Assembly: GCA_965116475.1 (NCBI GenBank)
Contig: OZ220691.1
Coordinates: 1,344,001 to 1,408,000, forward strand
Reading direction: 5' to 3'
Origin: Gemmatimonadota bacterium
Lineage (GTDB): Bacteria; Gemmatimonadota; Gemmatimonadetes; Palauibacterales; Palauibacteraceae
DNA length: 64,000 nucleotides
The notes beneath the pieces were generated by a model, which searched no databases, was not told the origin of the DNA, and saw only the letters and a program-made list of their open reading frames with translations. The translations under genes were made by a program, and so were the position numbers. Positions 27,053 through 37,484 of this stretch are shown here, in pieces (positions within the stretch are counted from its first letter, which is position 1; every line of letters begins with the position of its first letter).

Positions 27053-27085
27053 TGCGGAAATTACGGAATATCCGCAATCATGATA
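27053..27085 (-). promoter_or_regulatory. Putative operator and -10 box of the antitoxin-vapC operon
   Basis: TGCGGA-N12-TCCGCA with internal TACGGA; TATCAT on the minus strand at 27085-27080. Confidence 0.55.
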
Positions 27086-27126
27086 CAGCCAAACCCAGGC
27101 GGAGCGTGGAGCCCGGACGGCGCTGG

Positions 27127-28680
27127 TCAGCGGTTCGTGGGGAAGCCCAGGTCGACGCGGCTGCCGGCCGGGTCGGGCCAGCGCGTCGTCATCACCTTCG
27201 GTTTCGTGTAGAAGTGGACGCCTTCCGGGCCGTAGATGCCGTGGGCGCCGAACGCCGATTCCTTCCACCCGCCGAAGGAGTGGTATCCCACCGGCACCGG
27301 GATCGGGACGTTGAGGCCGACCATGCCGGCGTCCGCATCCTCCTGGAACTGCCGCGCGGCGCCTCCGTCGCGCGTGAAGATCGCGGCCCCGTTCCCCCAG
27401 GGATTGTCCCGCAACAGGTCGACCGCTTCGTGGTACGTCCCCACGCGCACGACGCAGAGTACGGGACCGAAGATCTCGTCCCGGTAGACCATCATTTCGG
27501 GCGTCACGCCGTCGAGGAGGGTGACGCCGAGGAAGAAGCCGTCGCCCTCGAAGCGCGCCTCGCGGCCGTCGACGACGACGCGCGCTCCGGCGTCGGCGCC
27601 CTGGCGCACGTAGTCCGCGACGCGGTCGCGGTGCTCGGCCGTGATGAGCGGGCCCATCTCGGAGGCGGGATCGTCGCCGGGGCCGATGCGCAGCTTTTCC
27701 ATGCGGGCGCGGATCGCGTCGACGAGCGGATCGGCGCTGTCGCCGACCGCGACCGCGACGGAGATCGCCATGCACCGCTCGCCGGCCGATCCGTACGCGG
27801 CGGAGACGGCGGAGTCCGCGGCGAGGTCGATGTCCGCGTCGGGCAGCACGACCATGTGGTTCTTGGCTCCGCCGAGCGCCTGCACGCGCTTCCCTTGCGC
27901 GGTGGCGGTCTCGTACACGTGACGGGCGACCGGCGTCGATCCCACGAAGCTGACGGCCTGTACGTGGGGGTGTTCGAGCAGCCGGTTCACGGCCACGTGG
28001 TCGCCATGCACGACGTTCAGGACGCCCGCCGGGAAGCCGGCTTCGTGGAAGAGTTCCGCGATGAGGTTGGCGGCGCTCGGATCGCGCGGTGAGGGTTTCA
28101 GCACGAACGTGTTCCCGCACGCGACCGCGTTCGGGAACATCCAGAGCGGCACCATGGCCGGAAAGTTGAACGGCGTGATCCCCGCCACGACCCCGAGCGG
28201 CCGCCGGACGGAATAGACGTCGACACCCGTGGACGCCTGCTCGCTGTACGTCCCCTTCAGGTATTCGGCGAGGCCGCAGGCGTATTCGATGTTCTCCAGC
28301 CCGCGGGCGACCTCGCCCAGCGCGTCGGCCAGCACCTTGCCGTGCTCGGCCGTGAGCCGCTTCGCGATTTCTTCGGCATTCTCCGCGACCAGGTTGCGGT
28401 ACGCGAACATGAGCTTCGTGCGCCGCGCGACGCTGACGCCCCGCCACTCTTCGAACGCTGCCGCGGCCGTCGCGACGGCTTCGTCCACCTCCCCGGCCCC
28501 CGCCAGCGGCAGTTCGCCCGTCCGGCGTCCCGTGGCCGGATTGAAGACCGGCGCCGTCCGCCCCGAAGCGCCGGGGTCGGCCCGGCCGCCGATCAGGTGC
28601 GGGATGGGCGCGACCGGCGGCGGCGCGGCGTCTCCGGCGGCCTCCCCCGCGGCCGGGGTCGAAGACAGTACGGTACTCAT
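27127..28680 (-). CDS. mmsA: CoA-acylating (methyl)malonate-semialdehyde dehydrogenase
   Basis: GITPFNFPAMVPLWM, FVGST, GGAKNH, AYGSAGERCMA, EIFGPV, NVPIPVP..SFGGWK. Confidence 0.92.
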   Translation of the reverse strand: MSTVLSSTPAAGEAAGDAAPPPVAPIPHLIGGRADPGASGRTAPVFNPATGRRTGELPLAGAGEVDEAVATAAAAFEEWRGVSVARRTKLMFAYRNLVAENAEEIAKRLTAEHGKVLADALGEVARGLENIEYACGLAEYLKGTYSEQASTGVDVYSVRRPLGVVAGITPFNFPAMVPLWMFPNAVACGNTFVLKPSPRDPSAANLIAELFHEAGFPAGVLNVVHGDHVAVNRLLEHPHVQAVSFVGSTPVARHVYETATAQGKRVQALGGAKNHMVVLPDADIDLAADSAVSAAYGSAGERCMAISVAVAVGDSADPLVDAIRARMEKLRIGPGDDPASEMGPLITAEHRDRVADYVRQGADAGARVVVDGREARFEGDGFFLGVTLLDGVTPEMMVYRDEIFGPVLCVVRVGTYHEAVDLLRDNPWGNGAAIFTRDGGAARQFQEDADAGMVGLNVPIPVPVGYHSFGGWKESAFGAHGIYGPEGVHFYTKPKVMTTRWPDPAGSRVDLGFPTNR

Positions 28681-30113
28681 TTCGCCCCCTCGTGGTAGCC
28701 GAGGATCGCCTTCACCTCGAGGAACTCCTCGAGTCCGTGGCGGCCCCACTCGCGCCCGTTGCCGGACTGCTTGTAACCGCCGAACGGCACCCGGAAATCC
28801 GGACGCGCGCCGTTCAGGTTCACCTGGCCCGACCGGATCCGGCGTGCGACGGCCCGTCCGCGTTCGCGGTCTCCCGCCGACACGTAGCCGGCCAGACCGT
28901 AGAGCGTGTCGTTCGCGATGCGAACGGCGTCATCATCGTCCTCGTATCCGATGAGCACGAGCACCGGGCCGAAGATTTCCTCGCGCGCGACGACCATCTC
29001 GTTGTTCACGTGCGAGAAGACCGTCGGCCGGACGTAGTACCCCCGCTCCAGTCCCTCCGGCCGGCCGGGGCCGCCCGTCGCGAGGCGCGCCCCCTCCTCG
29101 ATCCCCCGCTCGATCAGCTGCTGGATCCTGTCGAACTGCGCGTCGGACACCGCCGGGCCGATCGTCGTCGCCTCGGCGCCCGGATCCCCGACCACGACCT
29201 TCCCGGCCGCCGCCGCCGCGATCTTCGCGGCCTCATCCATGCGCGAATGCGGCACGAGCATGCGCGTCGGCGCGTTGCAGGACTGTCCCGTGTTGTTGCA
29301 GACGGCGAAGACGCCCCGGGACACCGCCCGCCCGAAGTCGGCGTCGTCCAGGATGATGTTGGCCGACTTGCCGCCCAGTTCCTGGGCCACGCGCTTCACC
29401 GTGGGCGCCGCGTTACGGGCCACCTCTACCCCGGCCCGCGTGGAACCCGTGAAGGAAACCATGTCCACGTCGGGGTGCGACGACAGCGCCGCGCCCACCA
29501 CCGGACCGGCGCCGTTCACGAGGTTGAAGACGCCCGGCGGCACGCCGGCCTCATCCAGGATTTCCGTGAAGATCAGCGCGTTCAGCGGCGCGACCTCCGA
29601 CGGCTTGAGCACCATCGTGCACCCCGCCGCGAGCGCCGGCGCCACCTTGCAGGCGATCTGGTTCAGCGGCCAGTTCCACGGCGTGATGAACGCGCACACC
29701 CCCACCGGCTCACGCACCAGCAGCGAAGTCCCGAGGTCCGTCTCGAATTCGAAGCCCGCGAGGATCTTCGTCATGGTCCGGAAGTGGGCCATGCCCGACG
29801 GGACCTGCGCCTGCGCGGCGAGGGCCATCGGCGCGCCCATCTCCGCGCTGACCGTCGCGGCCAGCTCCGCGGAACGGGCCGCGTAGACCTCGCAGATACG
29901 CTCGAGCAGCGCGACCCGTTCTTCCCGGCTCGTCTGCGAGAACGAGTCGAAAGCGGCTTTCGCGGCGGCCACGGCGGCGGCCACGTCGGCCGGCCCGCCC
30001 ATCGCGATGGCCCCGATGACTTCCTCGGTGGCCGGGTTCACCACGTCCAGCGTCTCGTCGGCCATCGGTTCGACCCACGCGCCGTCCATATGGAATTTGC
30101 GGAGGTTCTCCAC
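28677..30113 (-). CDS. Aldehyde dehydrogenase family protein
   Basis: ITPWNWP, KPSE, FTGST, ELGGKS, GQSCNAP, EEIFGP, PFGGYKQSG; GTG at 30113 follows a purine-rich RBS. Confidence 0.93.
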   Translation of the reverse strand: MENLRKFHMDGAWVEPMADETLDVVNPATEEVIGAIAMGGPADVAAAVAAAKAAFDSFSQTSREERVALLERICEVYAARSAELAATVSAEMGAPMALAAQAQVPSGMAHFRTMTKILAGFEFETDLGTSLLVREPVGVCAFITPWNWPLNQIACKVAPALAAGCTMVLKPSEVAPLNALIFTEILDEAGVPPGVFNLVNGAGPVVGAALSSHPDVDMVSFTGSTRAGVEVARNAAPTVKRVAQELGGKSANIILDDADFGRAVSRGVFAVCNNTGQSCNAPTRMLVPHSRMDEAAKIAAAAAGKVVVGDPGAEATTIGPAVSDAQFDRIQQLIERGIEEGARLATGGPGRPEGLERGYYVRPTVFSHVNNEMVVAREEIFGPVLVLIGYEDDDDAVRIANDTLYGLAGYVSAGDRERGRAVARRIRSGQVNLNGARPDFRVPFGGYKQSGNGREWGRHGLEEFLEVKAILGYHEGAK

Positions 30114-30168
30114 GGATCCCCTTTCCCGTGCCGCGCGCCGCGGCGTCATGATGTTCCCTGTGAAATGA

Positions 30169-30209
30169 CGACCCCGGCGGGGGGCTGCCTTCGCCTCCCG
30201 CCGGGGTCG
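30169..30209. terminator. 17-bp GC-rich stem-loop downstream of the TonB receptor gene
   Basis: CGACCCCGGCGGGGGGC-N7-GCCTCCCGCCGGGGTCG (one mismatch); only a weak U-tract. Confidence 0.55.
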
Positions 30210-30276
30210 ATCCTACCCACCGGGCTCGTCCTCGACTACCGGCGACCCCGGGTTCCGTCCGACTACGCTTCGGAAC

Positions 30277-33048
30277 TCACCCTGTGAGCCACGACCACCG
30301 GTAGTTCACGCGAACGTAGTAGTAGCCGCCGTTGAAGCCGAACGGCGAGCTCTCCGGATAGAGCAGACCCACGTTGTCGGCCGTGTCCGGATCCTGCGTC
30401 TCCGGATACGTGTCGAACAGGTTGTTCGCGCCGATCGTGAGCTCGGCATCGTCCGTGATGTCGGTCGACAACTCGAAGTCGACGAGGAACCGGCCCGGGA
30501 AGGCCGTGCCCTCGACGCCGCCGATCACCACGCCGCCGACATCCACCCACGAGTCGTACCAGGTACCGCGCACGAGGCCGCGCACCCCGCCCAGCGTGTG
30601 CAGGACGTTGAGCGAACCCCGCCACGAGGGGATGGACTGCTCGAGCTGGTCCACCCGGTCCTGGTCGATGACGTCAGGGTTGAAATCGGTGACCGACGTG
30701 CCGTTGTAGTTGAAGAGCGCGCTGAAGCTCGTCGAGCCGCCCATCGACGGAGGCGTGTAGTTCGCCACGATGTCGAGCCCCTGCGTCCTCGTGCTGAAGT
30801 CGTTCGTGAAGAACCGGAACTCGGCGAGGTTCGCCGCGCTCGTGATCCCCTCGCCCAGCAGTCGCGTGACCTCATCGTCGGTGAGCGAGAACGTCTGCGT
30901 CTGCGCGAAGCGGTCCGAGATCGCGATCCGGTAGTAGTCCACCGTCAGCTTGAACGCGTCCGCGTCGAACACCGTCCCGGCGGTCAGGCTGAACGCCTTC
31001 TCGGGCGTCAGCTGCCGCCCGCCTCGAAGGGCCGCCACGGCCGATGTCGACGGGATCGTGCCGCGGTTGACGAGGTCGCCGATCGTCGCGTCGAACACCG
31101 TCGACACGTTGAAGGCGTTCTGCTGCCCCGGCGTCGGGGCGCGGAAGCCGGTGCTCCCGCCGGCGCGCAGGGCGACCCGGTCGCTGACCTCGAGGCGGCC
31201 CGAGACCTTCCCCGTCACCTGGCTTCCGAAGTCGGAGAAGTCCTCCCAGCGCAACGCGGCGCCGAGCGTCCACGGGTCTTCGCTGCCGCCCAGGTGAATG
31301 TCTCCGTAGATCGCCACGTTCTGGCGGTCCCAGTCTCCCGCGGCGATCGGGCTGAAGCCCGGGAAGCCGTTGGAGGACGAGCTGAAGCCCTGCGCGGCGT
31401 AGGGCCCGATCTTCCACGATTCGTCCTGCCCCTGCCCGATCGTGAAGCGCTCTTCCCGCCGCTCAAGGCCGCCGGCGAGGTGGACCTGGTCGCTGGCGTC
31501 GTATGCGACATCGAAGTTCAGGTTGAACTCATCCTGCCGGTACAGGCCCGGGTCGAAATGCGTGGGCGTCTCCGGCCCGAGCGCCGCGTTCACCGTGTTG
31601 TAGATGAAGAAGTCGGCGGTGTGGCTGCCGAACCCGGCGCTGGCGTCCCACGTAAAGCCGTCCTCGTTGCCGCCCTTGACGCCGCTGACGACAGACCAGT
31701 CGGTGACGTTGCCGCCGAACTGGGGCGTAAAGCCGCCGGGGAACATCTCCTGGAACGAGAAGCAGTTCGGATCGGCGAAGACCTGCGCCAGCGCCACCGG
31801 GTCCGGCACATGGTTGGTGATGGGAACCTCGGGGCAGTTCGCCGATCCGAGACCCTTCGCCATCAGCACGTCGCCGATGAGGAGCGACTCCCCGCCGTCA
31901 CCGCTGAACACCGCGCCACGCGTGTTCGGATTACGGAAGAAGAACCCGCCGTCGACCTCCTTGGTGGAGAGGTTTCCGAACGCGTAGAACTGCTCGTCGT
32001 CGCTGAACGTGTAGCCGGTGTTGAGCCACACCTTGAGGTCGTCGTTGACCTCGGGCGACCCCCAGATCTGGGCCGTGGGCGTGCGGACGGCGCTGTTGCC
32101 GGCTCCGAGGAGCGCGATCGCGTCGGCGCGCTGGATGGCCCGGTCGGTCGGATCCTGGTTGCCGTATTCGACACTCAGGTTGGCGAAGCCGGTAGCCCCC
32201 AGGGGGACCCCGACGTTGCCGGAGACGGTGAGCATGTCGCCGTCGCCCTCGTAGTAGCTGCCGCTCTTGACCTCGATCATTCCGCCGTCGCGGTCGTCCT
32301 TCAGGATGAAGTTCATCACGCCGGCGATGGCGTCGGACCCGTACTGCGCCGAGGCGCCGTCGCGGAGGACCTCCACCTGCCGCAGCGCGATGCCGGGAAT
32401 GGAGCCGATGTCGACGCCCTGGGCCCCGTCCGAGAGACCGGCCCCGAGCCACGTGATGATCGACCCGCGGTGCCGCCGCTTCCCGTTGATCAGCACCATG
32501 GTGTGGTCGGACGCGAGCCCGCGCAGGTTCGCGGGACGTGTGATCGTGGCCGCGTCGCTGATAGGCTCGACGCGGACGTTGTAGGACGGGACCGCGGTGC
32601 GGAGCAGGAAGTCGATGTTCGTCTCCGCCTGCCTGGTGATCTCGGACACCGGGATCACGTCCACGGGCACCATCGACTCGGTCACCGTCCGCGGCTGCGT
32701 ACGGCTTCCGACGACCACCAGCTCGCCGAGGTTGATCGCCTGGAGTGCCAGCGCGAAGTCCTGGTTCGCCGTCTGGCCGCTCGCGACCGAGACCGTCTGC
32801 GTCTGAATCGCGTAACCGATGAGCCGGACTTCGACGACGTGGTCGCCGGCCGGGACGTTGGAAATCGAATAGGCGCCGCCGGCGCCCGAGCCCACCGATA
32901 TGTCGAGCGCGGGGATCGCGACCCTCGCGCCGCTGAGGCCGGCGCCGGTCTCACTGATCACCCTGCCCTCGATCGTCCCCTGGGCAACGGCCGCCGCCGG
33001 CAGCGCCAGAAAGGCAAGGGCGAGGAATGCTCGTTTCAGCATACTCAT
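30277..33048 (-). CDS. TonB-dependent receptor with N-terminal carboxypeptidase-regulatory-like domain
   Basis: Signal peptide; ELVVVGSR, NLRGL..VLINGKR, VEVLRDGASAQYGSDAIAGVMN, GFRAP, GANNLFD, YYYVRVNYRW. Confidence 0.95.
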   Translation of the reverse strand: MSMLKRAFLALAFLALPAAAVAQGTIEGRVISETGAGLSGARVAIPALDISVGSGAGGAYSISNVPAGDHVVEVRLIGYAIQTQTVSVASGQTANQDFALALQAINLGELVVVGSRTQPRTVTESMVPVDVIPVSEITRQAETNIDFLLRTAVPSYNVRVEPISDAATITRPANLRGLASDHTMVLINGKRRHRGSIITWLGAGLSDGAQGVDIGSIPGIALRQVEVLRDGASAQYGSDAIAGVMNFILKDDRDGGMIEVKSGSYYEGDGDMLTVSGNVGVPLGATGFANLSVEYGNQDPTDRAIQRADAIALLGAGNSAVRTPTAQIWGSPEVNDDLKVWLNTGYTFSDDEQFYAFGNLSTKEVDGGFFFRNPNTRGAVFSGDGGESLLIGDVLMAKGLGSANCPEVPITNHVPDPVALAQVFADPNCFSFQEMFPGGFTPQFGGNVTDWSVVSGVKGGNEDGFTWDASAGFGSHTADFFIYNTVNAALGPETPTHFDPGLYRQDEFNLNFDVAYDASDQVHLAGGLERREERFTIGQGQDESWKIGPYAAQGFSSSSNGFPGFSPIAAGDWDRQNVAIYGDIHLGGSEDPWTLGAALRWEDFSDFGSQVTGKVSGRLEVSDRVALRAGGSTGFRAPTPGQQNAFNVSTVFDATIGDLVNRGTIPSTSAVAALRGGRQLTPEKAFSLTAGTVFDADAFKLTVDYYRIAISDRFAQTQTFSLTDDEVTRLLGEGITSAANLAEFRFFTNDFSTRTQGLDIVANYTPPSMGGSTSFSALFNYNGTSVTDFNPDVIDQDRVDQLEQSIPSWRGSLNVLHTLGGVRGLVRGTWYDSWVDVGGVVIGGVEGTAFPGRFLVDFELSTDITDDAELTIGANNLFDTYPETQDPDTADNVGLLYPESSPFGFNGGYYYVRVNYRWSWLTG

Positions 33049-33161
33049 CTCCTGAGGTTTGGTCCTGTCAAATTCCGAATGGTCGGTTCAACACAGGTCG
33101 GCTCGACACTTCCCGTCCTCGGGGGCCCGAGCCGGAGGCCCCCGGAACGTCCGGAGAGGCC

Positions 33162-34079
33162 CTAGAGCGGAGCCCAGGGCATCTCGAGTGATCTCCACAT
33201 GTGCGCGACCGGACTGTTGTCGTACCCGAGACCCTCCTTTGGCTGCTTGAAGTGGCGACCGATGATGTCGATGAACGGATCCAGCGAGACCTCCATGCCA
33301 TCCTGGAAGGCATAGGTGTCGTTCACGCAGATCATGCGGGCCGAAACATACAACGGGTGGCCCTTCGCGTACTCCGCCGCCTGCTTGATGTAATCCGGCG
33401 GGATGTAGTCCTCGCCGAAGATCCGGTTGTACAACTCGGGGTATTCGTACCCGTACTCCTCGTCAGGGTAGAAGCGCAGCGCGCCGTGATACCGGATGCC
33501 CCAGCTCACGTACTCGGGAACATACGGTTCGTAGAGCTGTGCGCCCCACCAGCCATGATCCACCTTGATCAGGTTCTGCACCGTGTCGTGGAGCAGGCCG
33601 GCGAGGACGTTCTCCTCCGGCTGCCCGTCATTCAACGCGTGAGTCGCGCTCTGCAGGACATGCCGGGCGGGCCAGAACCGCTTGCGGAAGAAATCCTCCA
33701 GCGTGGGATTCGCCGGGAGGGGTTCGAGAACCTCGTCGCTGGGCCTGAACAGGTTGCCGGTTCCGCGGGGAGGTCCGACCTCCTGCCCGGGACCGTGGCC
33801 GTCGTCGTGGCCGTCGTCGTGGCCGTCGTCCGCGAGCTCGGCCTCGGCCTCCGCGGCCTCCGCCAGCAACTCGTTCTCGTCGAGGAGCCGCGGGTCGAGG
33901 TCTTCGGTCCGCGGGACGGGCCCGTGATGGTGATGATGATCGTGGGCGTGGCCCGGATCCTCGCCGTCGAGGAGATCGCACATGTAGTGCTCCAGGGCCT
34001 CCGCCTTGTCCTCGGGCGTCATCACCGCGAGGGCACCGGCGCCAACCGATGCGAGGAACTTTCTTCGGTCGATCTCCAT
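33162..34079 (-). CDS. HD-domain metalloprotein with Tat-like signal and His/Asp-rich linker
   Basis: DRRKFL; HVLQSAT, GLLHD, DHGWWGA, IRYH, ND; HAHDHHHHH and (DDGH)x3. Confidence 0.7.
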   Translation of the reverse strand: MEIDRRKFLASVGAGALAVMTPEDKAEALEHYMCDLLDGEDPGHAHDHHHHHGPVPRTEDLDPRLLDENELLAEAAEAEAELADDGHDDGHDDGHGPGQEVGPPRGTGNLFRPSDEVLEPLPANPTLEDFFRKRFWPARHVLQSATHALNDGQPEENVLAGLLHDTVQNLIKVDHGWWGAQLYEPYVPEYVSWGIRYHGALRFYPDEEYGYEYPELYNRIFGEDYIPPDYIKQAAEYAKGHPLYVSARMICVNDTYAFQDGMEVSLDPFIDIIGRHFKQPKEGLGYDNSPVAHMWRSLEMPWAPL

Positions 34080-34206
34080 GATTCCCACCGGGCGCTGGAG
34101 GTTACGCGACGGTTACACGTTCAAGGTGGATAAACAGGCGCGAGACCGCTAGGTGTGGCGGTGACGGGAAGCGTCGCGAGGTCACTCGGGAAATCGCGAA
34201 CCCCCG

Positions 34207-34242
34207 AAAAAAAGGGGGCATCCCGTCCCGGACGCCCCCTTT
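34207..34242 (-). terminator. Rho-independent terminator after the cold-shock gene
   Basis: Minus strand GGGGGCGTCC-GGGACG-GGATGCCCCC followed by T7. Confidence 0.85.
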
Positions 34243-34284
34243 CTTCTCCCTGTCTCTCGACGCGACGCATGACCTACCGGCGGA

Positions 34285-34497
34285 TCAAAAGGCCTGCTTG
34301 ACCACGTTCTCGGCCTTGGGGCCTTTCGGCCCGTCGACGACATCGAGTTCGACCTTCTCACCTTCCGCCAGACTCCGAAAACCATCCGCCTGGATCGCCG
34401 TGTGATGAACGAAGACCTCCGCCGATCCATCATCGAGCGCGATGAACCCGAAGCCCTTCTGGTCGTTGAACCACTTGACTGTGCCGCTTCTGCGCAT
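34285..34497 (-). CDS. Cold-shock protein (CspA family)
   Basis: [45 protein letters not shown]. Confidence 0.97.
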   Translation of the reverse strand: MRRSGTVKWFNDQKGFGFIALDDGSAEVFVHHTAIQADGFRSLAEGEKVELDVVDGPKGPKAENVVKQAF

Positions 34498-34648
34498 GCC
34501 CGTGCTCCTGAAGGTATTGGTGTCGCCGAGAGTACGGGCTTGCCGCACATGCCGACCACAATGCCGGCGAACCTGATACGGTTCGCGTTTTCCGGAGCCC
34601 AGAATACACGGGAAATTTGCGGTTGTCCATGCGCCGGGCGGGACGCGT

Positions 34649-35425
34649 CTATTTCCCCACGGACAGGAAATCCCGCAGCCGGAGTTTCGTCTGGTGGTCC
34701 TGCATGCGCACGCCACGCATGTTCTGGCCGCGAATGTAGGTCCGCTGCCAGCCCTGTTGAACCGCCTCCTCCTCCTGGGCGTGGAGGTCGTCGATGAACT
34801 GGGCCCGGGACTCGTTCCATGCCGTGTACTGTTTCGCGACGAGCTTGTCGTCCCACAACTCCCGGGTGCGTGGGCGCACGTTCTCGAGATAGTGCCGCGG
34901 CATGGGGATGATCCGGCAGATGGGTTCCCCTTCGTCGAAGCGGATCCAGTGCTTGGGCCGGGTGACCTTCCAGTTCATCGTGAACGAGAACGGGGCCCAG
35001 TCGGTCTCGATGATCCCGTCGAGCGGGACGATGCCGTCCTTGGGAAGGTTGGGGCAGCCTCGCGCCCAGAGGTTGTGACCCTTCGTGGTGCGGAACAGGT
35101 AGCCGGGCGTGAACGTCAGGACTCCGCTCCCGAAATGGCTCGCGATGGCGGGGTGCGGCTCATCCTCCCAGCGAAACCGGATGGAGTCCAACCCCACGCC
35201 GCCGTCCCAGCGCAGCCAGAACTTCGTGGGGCAGAGCAGATCCCAGCCGGCCTGGTTCGCGATGAGGAGCGGCAGGCAGCGGTAGGCGAAGCGGTCGGGC
35301 GTTTCGTCCATCCACTCGCGGCGCTGTTCGCCGATCGCGATCTCGAGGGCGGTCTCGGCGACCCGGAACGCCGTCAGTTCGATGCCGCGCGCGGTCTGGG
35401 GCCGCGCCTTGGCCTTCTTCGCCAC
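34649..35425 (-). CDS. DUF6065-like protein
   Basis: [61 protein letters not shown]. Confidence 0.75.
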   Translation of the reverse strand: MAKKAKARPQTARGIELTAFRVAETALEIAIGEQRREWMDETPDRFAYRCLPLLIANQAGWDLLCPTKFWLRWDGGVGLDSIRFRWEDEPHPAIASHFGSGVLTFTPGYLFRTTKGHNLWARGCPNLPKDGIVPLDGIIETDWAPFSFTMNWKVTRPKHWIRFDEGEPICRIIPMPRHYLENVRPRTRELWDDKLVAKQYTAWNESRAQFIDDLHAQEEEAVQQGWQRTYIRGQNMRGVRMQDHQTKLRLRDFLSVGK

Positions 35426-35440
35426 GGGGAGCCGTTCGCC

Positions 35441-35992
35441 CTACCGGGCCGCCGAGACCCGGTTCGCCGGCCCGCCTCCGCCTCCGCCCTCGGAGGATTC
35501 GACGAGCGACTTGCCGAGATCCAGCGGCACCAGCCGGCCACCGATCTCCGCGACGCCCTGTATGCGGACCCAGCGGTCGAGAAGCGTGACCTGCAGCACG
35601 GTCTCGAACGCGTCGGTCGTTGCGCCGGGGTCGATTTTCATCGTGATCCTTCGCGCGGCGACATCGTACTCCCACGACCCGTAGAGCCGGGTTTCCAGCG
35701 TCGTACCGCCCGGCCCGAGTCCGGTCAGCGTGATCCGTGAACTCAGGTTCTGGATCGACCCGAAGACGAGACGGACATCGGAGCCGGGGGGGAGGGGCTG
35801 GAAGTCGTCGGGAAGATGCGGCACCTGGCGCCTGAGGAGCTCCAGCGGCCGATAGGCGCCCACGATGGTGTGATGGACGGTCCGGTACGCGGGCCCGTAC
35901 GGGTTGTTGTCCAGTTCGCACGCCGCCATGCCGCCGGCGAGGGTGGCGACGGTGGCCGCGCACGCGATGTTCCGGACCCGCGGGGATCTCAT
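35441..35992 (-). CDS. Hypothetical lipoprotein
   Basis: ATG 35992 after GGAGG; lipobox MAAC; no family recognised. Confidence 0.6.
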   Translation of the reverse strand: MRSPRVRNIACAATVATLAGGMAACELDNNPYGPAYRTVHHTIVGAYRPLELLRRQVPHLPDDFQPLPPGSDVRLVFGSIQNLSSRITLTGLGPGGTTLETRLYGSWEYDVAARRITMKIDPGATTDAFETVLQVTLLDRWVRIQGVAEIGGRLVPLDLGKSLVESSEGGGGGGPANRVSAAR

Positions 35993-36242
35993 GAACCCTC
36001 CAGCACTGGTTTCGACCGGTATGCCGCACCCCCCGGGCGCGGCCAAGCCGGCCGGGGAGCGCTCTGAATAAGAAACCCTCCAGCGTCGCGCGGGCAACCC
36101 GGCGTCTGCACGTCACGCGCCTCTCCACTCCCGCCGATCGAGGCCCGGACCGTCAGGCGTTGCGCGGGATGACTCCGGTTGACAGGGTCTTGGCGAGGTC
36201 AACCGCGCCCCGACTCGATACTCGAACCCGGTTCGTTGAGAC

Positions 36243-37484
36243 ATGCTCACGATACGCCCCATCCGCCGCGCGCTCGTGCCCGTCGATTCCGCGGCCGCGC
36301 GCCGCGTCTCCGCGCTCAACTACGACGAGTTTCAAGGGGACCACGAGATCTGGGAGGCCATTCGGGACGCGCCGGATTCGGTGCTGAACGTCACCATGGC
36401 GCACTGCGCCGTGGCGAGCCCGGATCGGATCCTGAGGGGAGACTCGGCGGAGTCGCTCGCGCGGGCGCGCCGCAACTTCGAGCGCCTGCACGCCTCCCCG
36501 CTTACGCAGGAAGTGAAGACGACCCTGTACATCTACGAGATCGTGGATCCGCAGCGCCCCGGCGTCCGCCAGATCGGCCTGGGCGGGTTGGCGCGCACGG
36601 ATGAGATTCGGACAGACGACACGCCGGAGGGACCGATCATCCGGAACGAAGGGGTCCGCCCGCCCAAGGCCAGGGGACGCGCCCGACTCATCGAAGCGAC
36701 GGGCGCGATCATCGGGACCGTGAACAACGCGGTGCCGGACGAGTCCGGGGCGTTCGCGGCGGCGCTCGAGCGCCACGCCGACGCGACCCCACCGGACTTC
36801 GAGGCCGGGGGCTCGGGAGGCACGACCCATCGCATCTGGCTCGTTGCGGAGCCGGGGGCCATCGCGCGCCTCCAGCGACTGCTGGCGATGGAGCCCGAGG
36901 CGTACGTCGCCGATGGCAACCACCGGAGCGCGGCCGCCGCAATGCTGGGACGCGAGTCTTTTCTCGCCGTGTTCTTTCCGGCGGACCGGATGGGAATCTC
37001 GCCCTACAACCGGCTGGTCCGGCTTCCCGGCGAACGCGACGCGACCGCCGTTGACGCGGCGCTGGAGCGCTCATTCGAAGTGTCGGCCGCCGGGGAAGAG
37101 GCTCTTCAGCCGTGCGAGACCCACGAGATCGGGGTCTATGCCGCCGGGCGCGGCTGGCGGCGCGCCTTGCCGCGGGCCGGCGTCTACGACGAGGCGGACG
37201 CCGCTGCCTCCATCGACCACGATATCGTGCAGCGAACGCTGCTGGCCGATCTGGGCATCGCCGACGCGGCGGACGACCGGCTGACGTTCGTGGGCGCGAA
37301 CAGGGATGCCGCGTGGCTCGCGGCCGAGGTGGACGGGGGTCGGGCGGACCTTGCCGTCACCCTGCCGGCCGTGACGATGCGTCAGTTCGTCGCGGTGTGC
37401 CGGCAGCGGCGGATGATGCCCCCCAAGTCGACCTGGTTCGAGCCCAAGATCCGCAGCGGACTCGTCATGGCGCATCTCGACTAG
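36243..37484 (+). CDS. DUF1015 family protein
   Basis: IRPIRRA..SALNYD, IIRNE, HRIW, YVADGNHRSAAA, PYNRLV, MPPKSTWFEPKIRSGL. Confidence 0.88.
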   Translation: MLTIRPIRRALVPVDSAAARRVSALNYDEFQGDHEIWEAIRDAPDSVLNVTMAHCAVASPDRILRGDSAESLARARRNFERLHASPLTQEVKTTLYIYEIVDPQRPGVRQIGLGGLARTDEIRTDDTPEGPIIRNEGVRPPKARGRARLIEATGAIIGTVNNAVPDESGAFAAALERHADATPPDFEAGGSGGTTHRIWLVAEPGAIARLQRLLAMEPEAYVADGNHRSAAAAMLGRESFLAVFFPADRMGISPYNRLVRLPGERDATAVDAALERSFEVSAAGEEALQPCETHEIGVYAAGRGWRRALPRAGVYDEADAAASIDHDIVQRTLLADLGIADAADDRLTFVGANRDAAWLAAEVDGGRADLAVTLPAVTMRQFVAVCRQRRMMPPKSTWFEPKIRSGLVMAHLD

